Origin: Stylophora pistillata
Lineage: Eukaryota
Length of the DNA stretch: 64,000 bases
Direction of reading: 5' to 3'
Assembly (NCBI RefSeq): GCF_002571385.2
Contig: NW_019217838.1
Span: 212,286-276,285, forward strand
Shown: positions 38,482 through 51,700 of the stretch, piece by piece
Numbering within the stretch: position 1 is the first letter of the stretch
Layout of the letters: every line of letters starts with the position of its first letter
Program-made: the position numbers and the translations under genes
The notes under the pieces: generated by a model
What the model saw: the letters and a program-made list of their open reading frames with translations, nothing else
What the model was told of the DNA's origin: nothing
The model's database searches: none

Positions 38482-39677
38482 CTGCGTAAAAAATGAAGAA
38501 GAGGGATTGAGTGTGAGCTGGTTCCTAGGGGAAGTTGCGAAATCTCAACCGGGGCCGGGATTTTAAGGAATTGATTCTAGATATATTGTTTAATCTTTCA
38601 TGTTAATCTAATTATCTATCTTGATAGGTTGATTGATTTTCAACTGATACAGGAAACAACTGTGGCCGTAGCACAGTCAAGCCTGTATTAAGCGGCCCAT
38701 ATTTATGGACAACCCTGTATCAAGCGGTCGGTTGTCAAAGTCCCGACATTTTTTAATCCCTGTAATTTTCACCTTTATCACGCTTTCACCTCTATTAAGT
38801 CGAAACGGCCGTTTTGTATCGTCTTCCACCTGTATCGAACGGTTACTTAAAGCCGAACCCCTGAAATGACACTAACAGTTATCTCTCAAGTTAAATTTAT
38901 TCCAATCTTGGACTGTGAGAACAAATATTTCGCACAAACATCAAACAAGTCAATTGCCGCTCACCCTGTATTAGCAGTCAACCTGTATAAAGCGGTCACT
39001 CCGCCATTCCCATTGGATAACCGCTTCATACAGGTTCGACTCTAGTACTCTTAGTCTCTTTCCTGAAGAGCCCTCCTGAAAACTGAGGCATGATAGGTGT
39101 GGGCGTTTTTATAAGATCTCAGCGGGGTAGAAATACCATGAAGGAAAAGTGTAAGAAATTTGGAGCTGACGACCCCTTATCGAATATCCTTTGGTAAAAG
39201 TAAATCATTCTCTCTGACGAGGGGCTAACGCTCGAAAGGTCAGCTTTACAATGAACGATTTATATCATCCACTCAGTTAATAAAATCAAATTATTTAGTT
39301 CTTATTAACGAGCGGGAGGTCTGTATGGGAGAATCTTGACCGAGGTCGTCAGTACAGACCGAACGCAGCGAGGTCTGTACCAGCGACCGAGGTCAAGATT
39401 CTCCCATACAGACCAACCTAGCTCGGTTAATAAGATGTTTATTATATGGCTGTGTCTTAAATGCCAATTTTTTTTTATATTCTTCGTACCTTTTTTTTCT
39501 AGACCGGTCTAGATGGCGCCTAGATGGGAAAATCTAGACCGCTTTCAATATTTATTTCCTCTGCCAATAAGACAGGAAACATCAATCAACTCCTTCAAAC
39601 GCTCTATTAAAACATATTTACTGATTGTACTGCGCTTTTGAGTATTTTTATACAAAAAGTGCAATATAAGTATTAAA

Positions 39678-39708
<31 letters not shown>

Positions 39709-42700
39709 TCAGTCAATCAAATTCGTGAATTCGGTAGTTCCCAGTCCTTGTGAGACACAGCCATATAATAACTTTTAATATCAACGCCCCTCAGCCCTCC
39801 CGTTACCTACTCAGCACCATAATTTCTTCAGAAATTTACTCGCTTTGAGTAACTAATGGTAGTTATTGCGGTACATGTTTTGTAGACAGCTTATCTCTCT
39901 AAAATATCCATATAATTATTACGCAGTATTTACCAGTCCATTACCTCTATTTTTAAGAACAACATAAGCAGCTTTCTTATAAATGTTAAGATGTTTGGTG
40001 AATCAACGTTGTTGTCGAGGTATTAGTTGCTGCCTTTGCTTCTCTAGAGTGTCAACCATAATTAGGAAAGTGTTTTTTTTGGCGTTATGCCTAGTGGTAC
40101 GTGTTTAACGAGCGATTGTTCACCGTAGCCTATTATCTTAAGCGATGCGTGAGATATCGTGCTTTACAACCCGAAACAACTCAACTTTTAAGTATAAACT
40201 GATCGACTCTTAGATTAGGAAGACCAATTATCACATTCACATTAACGAAATACGGCGAAAACCCATGGGATTTCCTGGCTTTTTTTTGCCTTGAAGCATA
40301 CTTAACCCCAAAGAAACATCGAAAGCGATATCGATATTAAATTCAAATACGTTTAAGATTGTATATTTGGTGTAACAAAGCGGATGAGAGAATTTTTCTT
40401 CTGCCGTTTACCGTCTGCTACAAGTCTTATGCTTAAGTTCCTAGCAACTCTCTCGACAGGGTACTTTTGTTCTGAAAAGGTTCAGAAATCCGAAAATGGC
40501 TTTAAAATCCAGGTATATTGGATTGGTTCCGAGACTTCTTTCCTTGGATTATTTTTATCGATATATCAATTATCCTTAGTCATTACTTAGAAGATTTATT
40601 GTCTTAAACTCCAAAAAAAAAAAAGGAGGTGTTTATTTGACTTTTCGCGACTCCCTCAGAAAGAACGAGATTGCCGACAATGGATTTATTTTAGTAACCT
40701 TTGTGCATGTTTTAGTCCAGTTGGGTTGACACAAGCAAACTATTCAACTCAAGCATACGTACTCAAAAATACTCAAACGTGTACACAAAACGTTAAGCCG
40801 ATTCTCTTTAATCTATGGCGTTTCCAAGAGCCGAAAATATTTTATTTTCAATTAACTGTGTATTGTATTTAAATTAGACAGCCGCATCATTTGTTTTATT
40901 AGTGTAAACTCCTACGTACCCCTATATAATAGACAATGAAAGGTTGAGATTGGTTTTGCTGGAAAGTTCCGTACTTCGATAATGCAAAATAATTCATTTA
41001 TAACGACGATAGATTATTCCTTCTTGCCCTGTCACATATTCTCAACAATTTTACAGTGCCCCATATTCTCAACAATTTACAGTGTGTTTAGCATTCTTGT
41101 ATAGAACAAGCTCTAGACACGTTGTGCTCGAATTCCCCAAGCGTGAAAAAGCAAATACAAGTTCAGTTGGACAACTGACTGAGTTAAGAAAGTTCGGAGA
41201 TCTATTGAGGAGTTTTGAAATAAACTAATAGAGATCAAGCCGTAAACTGAAAAGTGATGTGAGAAAATGAACACAAAAATTATAAGATTGTTCCAACAAG
41301 TTCCGTGATCATCGAACTGCAGTCAAATAAAGATGTAATAACTACAGCTTTCTATGTTTTTGTGATAGAGAACATAAATTATTTCAGCGTATGGCTAGTG
41401 TTACGAATAAGTACCTAAGAGAAATGCAGGGTCTCGACTTCCCTCGTATACCTCTTATCCGCCTCACTCTACGTATTTTTCAAAACTTAAAACTTTTGTA
41501 CAGCTCTCAATGCTTTCTTTCTTAGTCCTGAGATAAGGGAAAGCAAAATGTTACCTTCTTTCCGGAGAGGACTTGTAAATAAAACAAATGAACCACACTG
41601 CTCAGCGCGATTTTATTACGTTGGGTCTTGACAAAAGATGTGGCCAGTGGCATCACCAAGTCAAACGAGCAAGTCCAAAGGGCTACCCGTAATATTCCAA
41701 CGAACTGAAACAACAGGATGATTAGTAAACAGGGTTATTCGAGTGTGACTGATCCAAATATAATTATCACAACTAGAAGGTTCGGCTTTCTACGTGAAGT
41801 TGGTGTTGTCCAAACACATCCCGTTTCCCTCTTGGCCGAATGTTCACTTTCTAGCCCACGAAAGGTACCACGATTGCTAATTGATTCGTGATTCAAAACC
41901 GCAGACAATATGAAGCTGTTTGCCGTCAGTTTGTTTGGTCGCCTTTCTATTCTTTTTGCTGATAAAAAATTGAATTCTCCTGAACTGTTTTCAAGAACTG
42001 TCAGAAAACTGCTCTAATCGCTTTCTTTGTTGAGAATAATGGCTTCTTTATTCGACCATAACTAACGCGGCCAATTTCCCACGCTTCTTTTGAAGTTGCT
42101 ACCTTTCACTAGGGTAATTCCCAGGCCATGGAAAACCGACAGAATTTGTAGCACGAACATTGCTAATTCGTTAATACTTTGCACGCACAAGCTGAAAAGT
42201 TTAGATGTGTGTCTTCGTTTGTCAGTGTTAGTCATTTAATGACCTTCTAGGGGGGTAGTGATTTAGATTTATGTGACTCGAGACAAATGTTATGTGAATT
42301 AATGATTCTGTATCGTAATCGTCAAACTAATATCATTACCCCTTACTTTTTAATCAGTGGTAAACACAGCTATACCGCTTTTTAACAACCAGTTATTGGA
42401 TCTTTCAATCTATTTACCCACCAATCTTTCTGGAATTTTCAAAAATTATCTGCACGATTGGTGAGCGAAAAATAAGTGAATAAGGAAAAGAAAGTTTCTT
42501 CTTGTGCATTCTTACAATGAATGTTTCCCACGGTTTTGCATAACATTCTAGTATTGATCTCGTCTTCAAGATCTTCAATTTTATCCCTAGCAACTGTCTT
42601 CAATGGCATCTGAGACGTAAGCAATAGAGGTCACTCTGTGAAACAAAGTGAATGAACTGGAACCAGCGGCTTCCGTGCAACGGGTCCCCGCAGAGTTATT

Positions 42701-45700
42701 AGTGATATCATGATAATTTTAACATTGGTGACGTAGATATCACTCCGGGAATATAAATACTTATTGTGAACTATCAATGAGTAGTTAACACAAGTGATAT
42801 AATTTGAAGTTTAGAAAGATATGGATAATTCCAGTAATTTCAAATGACAAGCACAAAATAAATAGTTTGAAAATACCACAGGTAGACTCTCAAGTTTTCA
42901 TTATATTCGACCGACTACTTTACCGCAAATGGCATGACACGTCTTAACAAAGTATTGGAAGCAGCTGTTTCTTAGTAACAAAGATATTGTTTTAAAGAAT
43001 TGTAGTACTTTACTTCAAATGAAGGACTATGGATCGGATGTTCCAACTTCCTGTTTGTGGCCTCTTGAAAAAGATTTTTTGCGTGATTGTTACCGTAGAG
43101 ATCGCACGCATCCACTTTTTATCCGGAAGCGGTAATAAGCCAATTTAGAGGATAGCACAATCAATGTAAGGAGACCGTGTTGCTATGCCAAGAAACTGCG
43201 GAGTGAACATTACATGCGTAACCAAAACAAACAATCAAGAAATCGAGTTGCAACGATATACAAACATAAATAACGGTCGTTTCGTTAACGACCAGTTCGC
43301 TGACGTCTTAGGTCATTTCGCCAAAGTCTCAGATCAGTTTGCTAACATCTCGTGAATCATTTCGCTAACGTTCTAGGTTAATGCGCTAACGTTTCTTTAT
43401 AGTTTGTTTTCTTCGAAGTCGCGACAAAGAAAATGTACCTTAACACACGGGCGAGATCGGCCAAAAATGCATTGAGATCGACCTTTTGAAGTCGCAGCGA
43501 TTGTATGAACCGAATCAACTTTCAGTTTGTATTGAAATGACTCAACTCTTCCCTAAGACTTTTCGGTCAATTAGAAGTCGATCATGTTCTGGCGATGGAA
43601 TCATTAAATGTTATGAAATGCGTTAGCGAAACTAATTATGAGACATTACCTTACTACCCTGAGACGTTGGCGAAACGACCTAAGACGTCTGCGAACTGGT
43701 TGTCAACGAAGCAGTTACCCTGATGGTGCATTGTTAGGTTTTTGTGTCGTTCAAAATTGTTTCTCACTGAAAAAAAAAAAGCCAGAGCGACAGGAAGTAC
43801 AAATAAATGACTCAACAAATAACACTGCAATCGAGACAAAAAGTCAGGCTTAATTTAAATTATTTATTCCAAATGATTGACTTACATATAATTCAAGTCC
43901 TACAAAGACAACACCAATTACAGTTTCTGTAATTTGAAGAACTATTTAGCGGGCGCAAATTTTACAATTTGAACCGGTCAACTATGAATTTATACTTTCA
44001 CCCCTCTGGGTCTGTTTTAGGCCTGATGTAAAGCTGTTTAATTCTTTGAAAATGAGCTTTCAAATAGCTACCTTGTTGTGCTATAAATCTACTTGTTTCC
44101 GCCGGTCAAAAGATATTTCGAATTCTGGTCTGAATATCGACAAAGCGAATAGTGGGGATTCTAAGTAAAGCTAAAGTACGGACCCTTGGTGGGTGATAAT
44201 GAAAAGGTTCGCTTAAGTCTGGAGCCCTTTGTGGGTGATGTTCCTTTCAGTGAGGGAATTGTGTGCCCTCAAAGAGTGATTCTGAAAATTTCCCAAATTT
44301 CCCCAATGCTTATACATGCACTACCATCCCTATCAAGAGTGCATTATCTTCTTGTCATGTATTACTTAAGAACTACACACCCCAAACAATATGGCGGTTC
44401 GGTAAGTAAAAGACTGTTTAATAATGCGTCATGCGTGCGCATGAGCAAACCATATATGGTAGCACACAACATACAACACACTGGAAAGCCATAACACTTC
44501 TCTAAGAATATCCTGATCAATGTCGTTTTGGAAATATTACTTTACTTATTCATACTACGACAGATCAGAGACGATCGTGACATCGTAGTGGCAATTAACA
44601 TGTAACTTCTCCTAATAACACTTTACATTGTTCAACAAACAGGTGATGAGAATACGCTCACTTATCTGGTAGAAGCTGTTGTTACCTTGACCAGAAAACA
44701 AATTCCCGTAACTAATTTACAAGGAAATGTGTAACAGATAGAGGGGAGAATTCACAATCAGATCTTGAGAGTTAAAAGAGTTAGTGATTTCTCGGTGCTT
44801 ATGTTTTATCTTGTTACAAAATTTTGAAAAAACCTGTGAAACGACTCCGCGAATTGTTGATATCTAAAAGACTGATATTTATATCAAACCTTTTCTTTTA
44901 TAATTCTACGAAAAACGAACTTCGTTGAGAACTGAGGGGTACAGCCAGTTCTTCGACATCTTTGTTCCATAAAAACGGGCTCTCGTTTGTGATTTTAGAG
45001 TTATGCGTAACGAAGAATGATGACAGTCAACAATGCATCTTAAAGTCACATTCTTCAAGAGTTAAACCATTTCTTGTCGACTTGGTCATTAAAAAGAGGT
45101 TAATCATAATGAATTGCTTACAGATTTAAGTAAACAGTAACTTAACATTGGAAACATATTTCATATTTACCCAAATTTTACTTTAATGTTGACTATTTTT
45201 TTCAAGTTTTCGCCATTTTCTTCTCTTTCTTACGTTGATTCTCAGATGGTGAAGGAAAGGTGGTCATACTCTGACTTGCTAATACCAAAACTGTTAATGC
45301 TGTGTACAAAAAAGCCTTATAAATCCAATTACGTAAAAAAAAAAAATGCTTTTAATAGCAGTAGGGTATTTTATTAAGTTATCTTAAAGTACGCTGAGCA
45401 CGCTAAAGCGAGATGTGCCTTCCCCCCCCCCCTGCCCTTTTTTGTATCATGATATAAGAACCCCCAAAATTAAATTTAATCAAACGTGAATCGTTCGTTG
45501 TCTGGACCCACCGAATTTTTTTAAATTTCAATACAAAGTTTATCGTGATTTTTCTAGCTACCCAATTAAGCTCTAATCACTACATCATAATATATTTCAT
45601 TGATTATTGAAAAACATTCGTTGCTCAAAATGCAATGCTTTTTGGTCTTGGCTGGCGCCCAGACGTCCCTCTTGAAACAGCGGAGGGAGGCTGGGAAAGA

Positions 45701-48700
45701 TTGGAGTCATCTTGCCATATCAATAAGTCCACGTTCCCAATGCTCTTCGGTCTCGCACGCTTTTCACTCTTTGCACGCCGGAGCTGTACTGGTTCGCTGT
45801 TGCTCTTCTCAAAGGCAGCAAACATACTCGTGTTGAGTTTCTTAGGAATTGGTTTTTCCTCTGGAGAGTATGACTACAACCAGAAAACCTCAAGATTATT
45901 TATCATAGCAAGTGTATCGTTAAACAACTGTGCCACTGGAACTCTAAGCCAAAACTGTGTCCAGGCATGAGCAAACGTGGATCATCCAAGAAGAGGCGAA
46001 ATCTTGTGAAAACCGACAACTGAACTTATTTCTTACGAACCAAATGCCAATCTGTTTGTTTTTCTCTTGGAACTGGCCCATAAGTTGCTCACAAAATGTA
46101 GTTTTGCCTAGGCGCCGTTCTACTACGTTACATAGTATTCTTTTTCTTTTCATAAAAAAGTTAAAATTTATTAAGATACCAGTCTTTGGAACTGTTCTAC
46201 TTCTATCAGTATGGCTGTTCAAACATGTGATATAGTCCATTTATAATTTTGAAAATGGGACAAATTAAACGTCTATGTATCCGAATTAAAAGGTTTCATT
46301 CGTTCCCGTCTTCTTGTTCGGAATTTAGTTAACTTTGTTAATTTCTACATAAAAGTCTTAAGTTTACTTCTTTTGGTGAAAGAACAGGTCCAATAGTAAT
46401 AGGTGAAAATAATATGTGGAAAAGTGTATTAAACACACCTCAATTGTTATGTCTTCCACTTGAGTTTCTTGACTAGACTCCCTCCTTAAAGAAAGCATTC
46501 GTGTTTAAATATATGTCTTAAAGGGAAAGTACGGTCTAGAAAAAGTTTACTTATATCAAAAGTTCCTAGCTTGCGTTGTCCTAACTGGCTATTCATTTGA
46601 GCTAAAGCATTTTAGTTGCGAGCAATTACGTTCCAAAAATCTGCATTTTAAAATTGAAATCCGCCATCTTTGTTATGACGTAGCAATAGTCAAACATGCT
46701 AATTATATCCCTGCTGGAGTGGATGTGAACAAGAAGAACAGCGGCGAGGGGGGCGCTACTTGTTAAATTCTCTACTTGGATTTTAATCTAGCTGAGAGGA
46801 TGTAGTACACCCATTTATGTTTCAAACGAAACATGGCTCGTTTTCAGGGGAAGGAGATGCTTCCATTGGGGAGAAAGAGAGAGAGAAAGTCAAGAAAATG
46901 AATTTCAAGATGAAACGTCGACCCGCTCAGTCGCACACGTCTTGGAAATCGCGCGTGGTTCTCTTGCAGCAACTGTCAAGGGAAACCTACGGAAAACGAG
47001 AATGTGTCCTCCTAAGAATTAAATGTACCAGGACACCGACTCAATTTGATCATGAAAAGCAAAGGCTTTTTCTTCAAATAAATCCTCGCTCTTGAGTGAT
47101 AGTTATTTTGCTAAAGAAAACGGCAGTGCCCGCTACGGATTCATTTTACATTGCTACCTCGGAATGAGATGAACTATTTTTGCACTTACAGGAACCAAGC
47201 TTCGGTGTATAACTGAACACGAGCCACTTGGAACTAATAAGATCAGCCCCAATTGGCATGCAACAAGTTAGAAATGATAGACTTGCATTTTGAAGATCAT
47301 TCTTCGTAGGCGTAAACACTGACAAACACTTAGTTGCCAAAATTAACGCAGACAAAAGGTAGAAGTTAATTGTTACGAATTCAATTTTGTTTGTTTCAGC
47401 ACTTAACTTTAATTTGGGAAAGGTGTTTTTTATCTTTGTTACTTGGAATTAGCTTCAACGCAGTATTTTTTATTAAAATATGTTTGAAATGTCGCGACTT
47501 GTGTGAAGTAGAGCATTGTTATTTTCGACGCGCGCCGGAAAGTCGCCTCTATCACACACTGTTTACATTAGAAATAACCTCAATATAACTGAAGCTAAAA
47601 TGAAACTCGATTTCTTTTGAAAGCACAAGCACTGTATAATTACATCAAGTAGTTGGTTGGAAGACATAAAAAATTTTATATTATTTTAATTGTGTCCAAT
47701 TGATATGATATAGTGAAATATGGGCGCCTGCCTGACGAAGGATAATTTGTATTTGTCGCAAACGTGACTGTTTTGACAATTTACTAGCGATATATTGAAT
47801 GTCATTTAGTTTTTTCGCAGAAGAATGTGACTGGTGGGGTAAAGAAAATTTACACGGTGAACTCATAACAGACTTAGGAAAGACAAGATATATTTGTACA
47901 CCACTTGGAAAGGCGCATGATGTTGGAAATCGGCTTTGGTCAAGGGTAACGACTGAAAATTTACCACACAGTGTACCACCATTCCGAGCTTCAACTTATT
48001 CGCTTACAATAAAATGGTTTGCACAAACTCATAGAATAAATAACTGAGATTTGTGTTGAATATGGAAAAGGAAAGTATAGCTTTCAGTTCGAAGCGAAGG
48101 TCAACAAGGAAAACTTACATGCTTGTATATCTCACTGGAAGTCTTCGTTTTGGCAGTTCTGAGGTTTTGCAGGGTTCGTCAAGCCGTCGTCGTGGGTTAT
48201 TTTTGCCGGCTAACTTTTCTTTAATATTTCACATTCCAGTAACTTGTGGAGGCTTACACTTTTTCCTACTGAATTTTAGTATGTATTTTGAGATTCAACC
48301 ACAGGACAGTTGACCTCATTTCAACTATTAGGAGTATTCGAAATTGTTTTCACAAAAAGCCAAACTGGTCAACAAGGACAAAGTGCCGAACTAAGTTTGA
48401 CTATTGCTACGTCACAATGACGTATATCCAAGATGGCGATTTTCTAACCCCGAAAGTTGTAAAAATGGGCAACTTCGAAGCGCTCTTGTCGCTAATACAA
48501 AGCAAACTAGACAAAATGGCAGTTATTTTCGAACTCATGAGGAAAAAGTCTTCTAATTGAGATAACCTTTTTCTAGACCGTACTTTCCCTTTAAGGATAA
48601 GCATGTCTATCAAATCATAGCAGTTTTGGTTTCTTTTGTTAAAACTGAACGTGTCGAACGTATTCTATCTACACTTGAAAAACCTGATTACGACTAAAAC

Positions 48701-51700
48701 TAAGCAACTTTTATCGGTATCTCACGCAAGTATGTTACACTAGAAGTTTTCTAATGAGCTCTTAATGAACCATGAGTCTCGCACCGTGACTAAGAGTAAA
48801 ATTAGTTGATAAACTACAAGGTTTGAAATGAAATCGTATTTACCTCTCCAAGGACGACAATTTTTCAAAGGTACCAGCGGTGCCATTCATATCTTTATCT
48901 CGCGCCCCAGAAGACAGACTTTCACCAGAAATACTGCGGAGACTTTCAATCGAGTTTGTCCTTGTAGATTCCTCGTCTGTCAGTGATCTTGGGCCTTTGA
49001 TCTTAGTGGACTGACGACGAGAACTTGAATTTTGGCTATCACTTTCAAATTGTAAACGAAGTTCCTCCGGTAAACGACCAACACCAACACCTTTATCAGT
49101 ACTCTCTAGCTCATGTTCCTTGGGTTTCGATGTTTTTCTTTCAATCTTTTCAGAATCGGAGTCGGAAATTGATTTCCTGCTTCCGGTTTCCAGTGTCTGA
49201 ATAAGATCACTCTCTTTCTCATAGCCTGCGTCTACTTCCGTTTGCATCCGCCTTTGTTCCTCTAATCTTAACTTGGCCAACTCTTCCTGTTCCCGACGCA
49301 TTCTCTCCTCTGCCATTCGTTTAGCACGCTGTGTTCTCTCAACTGACTCGTGAGACCTGGCATTCAAGAACTTATCCACATCAAGTCTCTGGCCTGCGTT
49401 GATCTTTTTCTCAAACTCAACATCTTCTTGAGTCTCAGAGGGACCCCCGCGGTCAACATAAGCTTCGTTCATATCGACTGGAGAGCTTTCAACTACCTCC
49501 TGGCTTTTGACATTGACAACTTCTTGGATTACTTGCGGATCCTGCTTGCGCGGTTTTGCTTTCGGGGCGACTGATCCTTCCTGCTGGAACACAGAGAATT
49601 GTTCGTAATTCAGTTTTCCAACACTCTTGGGTTTATCACTCTCTGCTTCACTAGCACGGAAGTCCAAACTTCCCTCGGCAAGCAATCTTCTCCTTTCCTC
49701 CTCTTGGCGAAGCAGTTCTTTCTCATCTCTTTCCCGCTGGAGACGCATTTTCCGCCGGGCCGTTTCGGAATCATCCATTCCGAGAATGATAACACTGCCA
49801 TCATCATAATTCTTTGTCCTAATCTCTTCATTAATTTCACACTCTTGTATTTCAGCAGGTGTAGATTGAACTTCTTCCCTCTTTTCAACCACGATTGAAC
49901 CTTCCCTCTGGGTTTTTCTGGGTCTACCGTATCCTCCCGCAGCATCCTGTTCAAAGACACTAAACTTGTCGGCGCTAAGCCTGCTTCTTCTTTTTTCCAA
50001 AGTGCCAACAACCTCAGAAGTAGAATCGTCGTCCTGAAACCTTAACATTTCATTACGTTCTTCTCTTAGCCTTTGTTCCTCTAATTCTTTGGCTCGCCGC
50101 TCGTTTTCTTCGGCTTGCTTTCGTTGCTGTATAATATACCAGTCCTTGTCTAGTTTTCCAACACTCTTCCGTTTTTCTTCGTAGTCTGCGTCTTCGGATA
50201 GAAAAGATCCTCTATCTTCCTCAAACGGACTGCTTTCAATCAAATCAACAGAGGCCACTTGAACAGTTTCTACATCAGCTTTTGGTACCTTGGGTTCTTT
50301 TGTTACCTTCTGCTCGTACCGGGGTTTTGACTTCAGCTTTGGTTCTTCCGTAGAATTTTGCTGAAATTGCAAGAACTTGTTCGCGTCAAGACGCCCTACA
50401 CTGTAAATATCCTTCTCAGAACGAGTCACAGGAACATCATCAAAGATGCCGGTCTGGAATTTCCTTTTAGCTGCTTCTTTTTGCCGACGCATTTCCTCCA
50501 TACGCATCTGCTCCTCTTCTTCTTCTCTTCGTAATCGTTCTTCTTCTTCCTCTCTAACTCGTTGAGCCTCTTCACGCCGACGCCTGTTTTCTTCTTCTTT
50601 ACGAGCTCTCGCCTTCTCTTCCTGCCTTCTGATTTCCTCTTCTTTGCGGATCCTCTCTTCTTCTCTAGCACGGGCTTCAGCTTCTAGCCTCTTTCTACGC
50701 TCTTGCTCTTTTTTGAGTAATTCGCGCTCCTCGCGTTCGATTCGACGTCGCTCCTCTTCTTGAAGTCTTTTACGCTCTTCTTCCTCTTGCTTGCGAAGAA
50801 AATTGAACTGGTCTTGACTTAACCTCTTAACAAGTTTGGATTTCACTTTCACCTCGTACTCATCGTGTTCGTTTCCTTCAAGGAAACCCGTAGCAGGTGA
50901 AGACTCCACAAGTTCCTCATCAATCAATTGAACAAGCTCTTCTTCCTGCACAAAAGGATCAGGTGAGGTTTCTTTTGGTACTTTACTGGGCTTCTGTTCT
51001 GGTTTAGTTTTCAACACGGGTGTCTCATCTCTCGTTTGCTTTTGCAAGAAAGGACTCTTGTTAAGGACGAGCTTGTTCACCTGCCCTTTTTTCACTTTGA
51101 GATCGTATTCATCCTCGACAAACTCGTCATCTTTTTCTATAGCAACTTCAAGATTGCTGTCGTCCTTGGACGTGGTTTCCGTAACCAACAGGTGTTGACT
51201 TTTTACGATTTCCTTTTTGGGCCTACCAGTACTTGCGGGCTCTTCTTTTTTCTCGTTCATAAACTGAACAAGTAGAGTGGGATTGATTCTTCGAATCTCC
51301 TTGGTTCGAACTTTTGCTTCGAATTCGTCATCAATCGAGTCTTCATCTTCCTGTTCAATGGATTCAAACGCTTCGCGTTCCCGTCTTCTTTGCTCTTCTA
51401 TTCTGGCACTTTCAATTTCCTCCAGTTCCTGCTGTTTTCGTTTTTCTTCCACTTTGCGCCATTCAGGAATACCGTCGTCTTCAGTTTCCTCCTCGTAACT
51501 CTGCAAGATCGCTCCACCAAAGTTGACGACTTCAGGCTGGCGAAAAGAAAAAAAAGACCAATCACGCTTTTAAAAAAAAGTGCACAGTCTGTTCACGGAC
51601 ACCACATCACACCCGAGCTTCTGTTCAGTATGGAATGTTTCTGATTATTTCAACACAGTCAAATTTAATATCAGTGATCCATATCAACGACGTTTAATGC

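Noticed and set aside
48118-48268. Possible phase-2 exon with an in-frame TGA (selenocysteine or readthrough idea)
   Set aside because: No homology, SECIS or motif support; chance splice-like signals are more likely.
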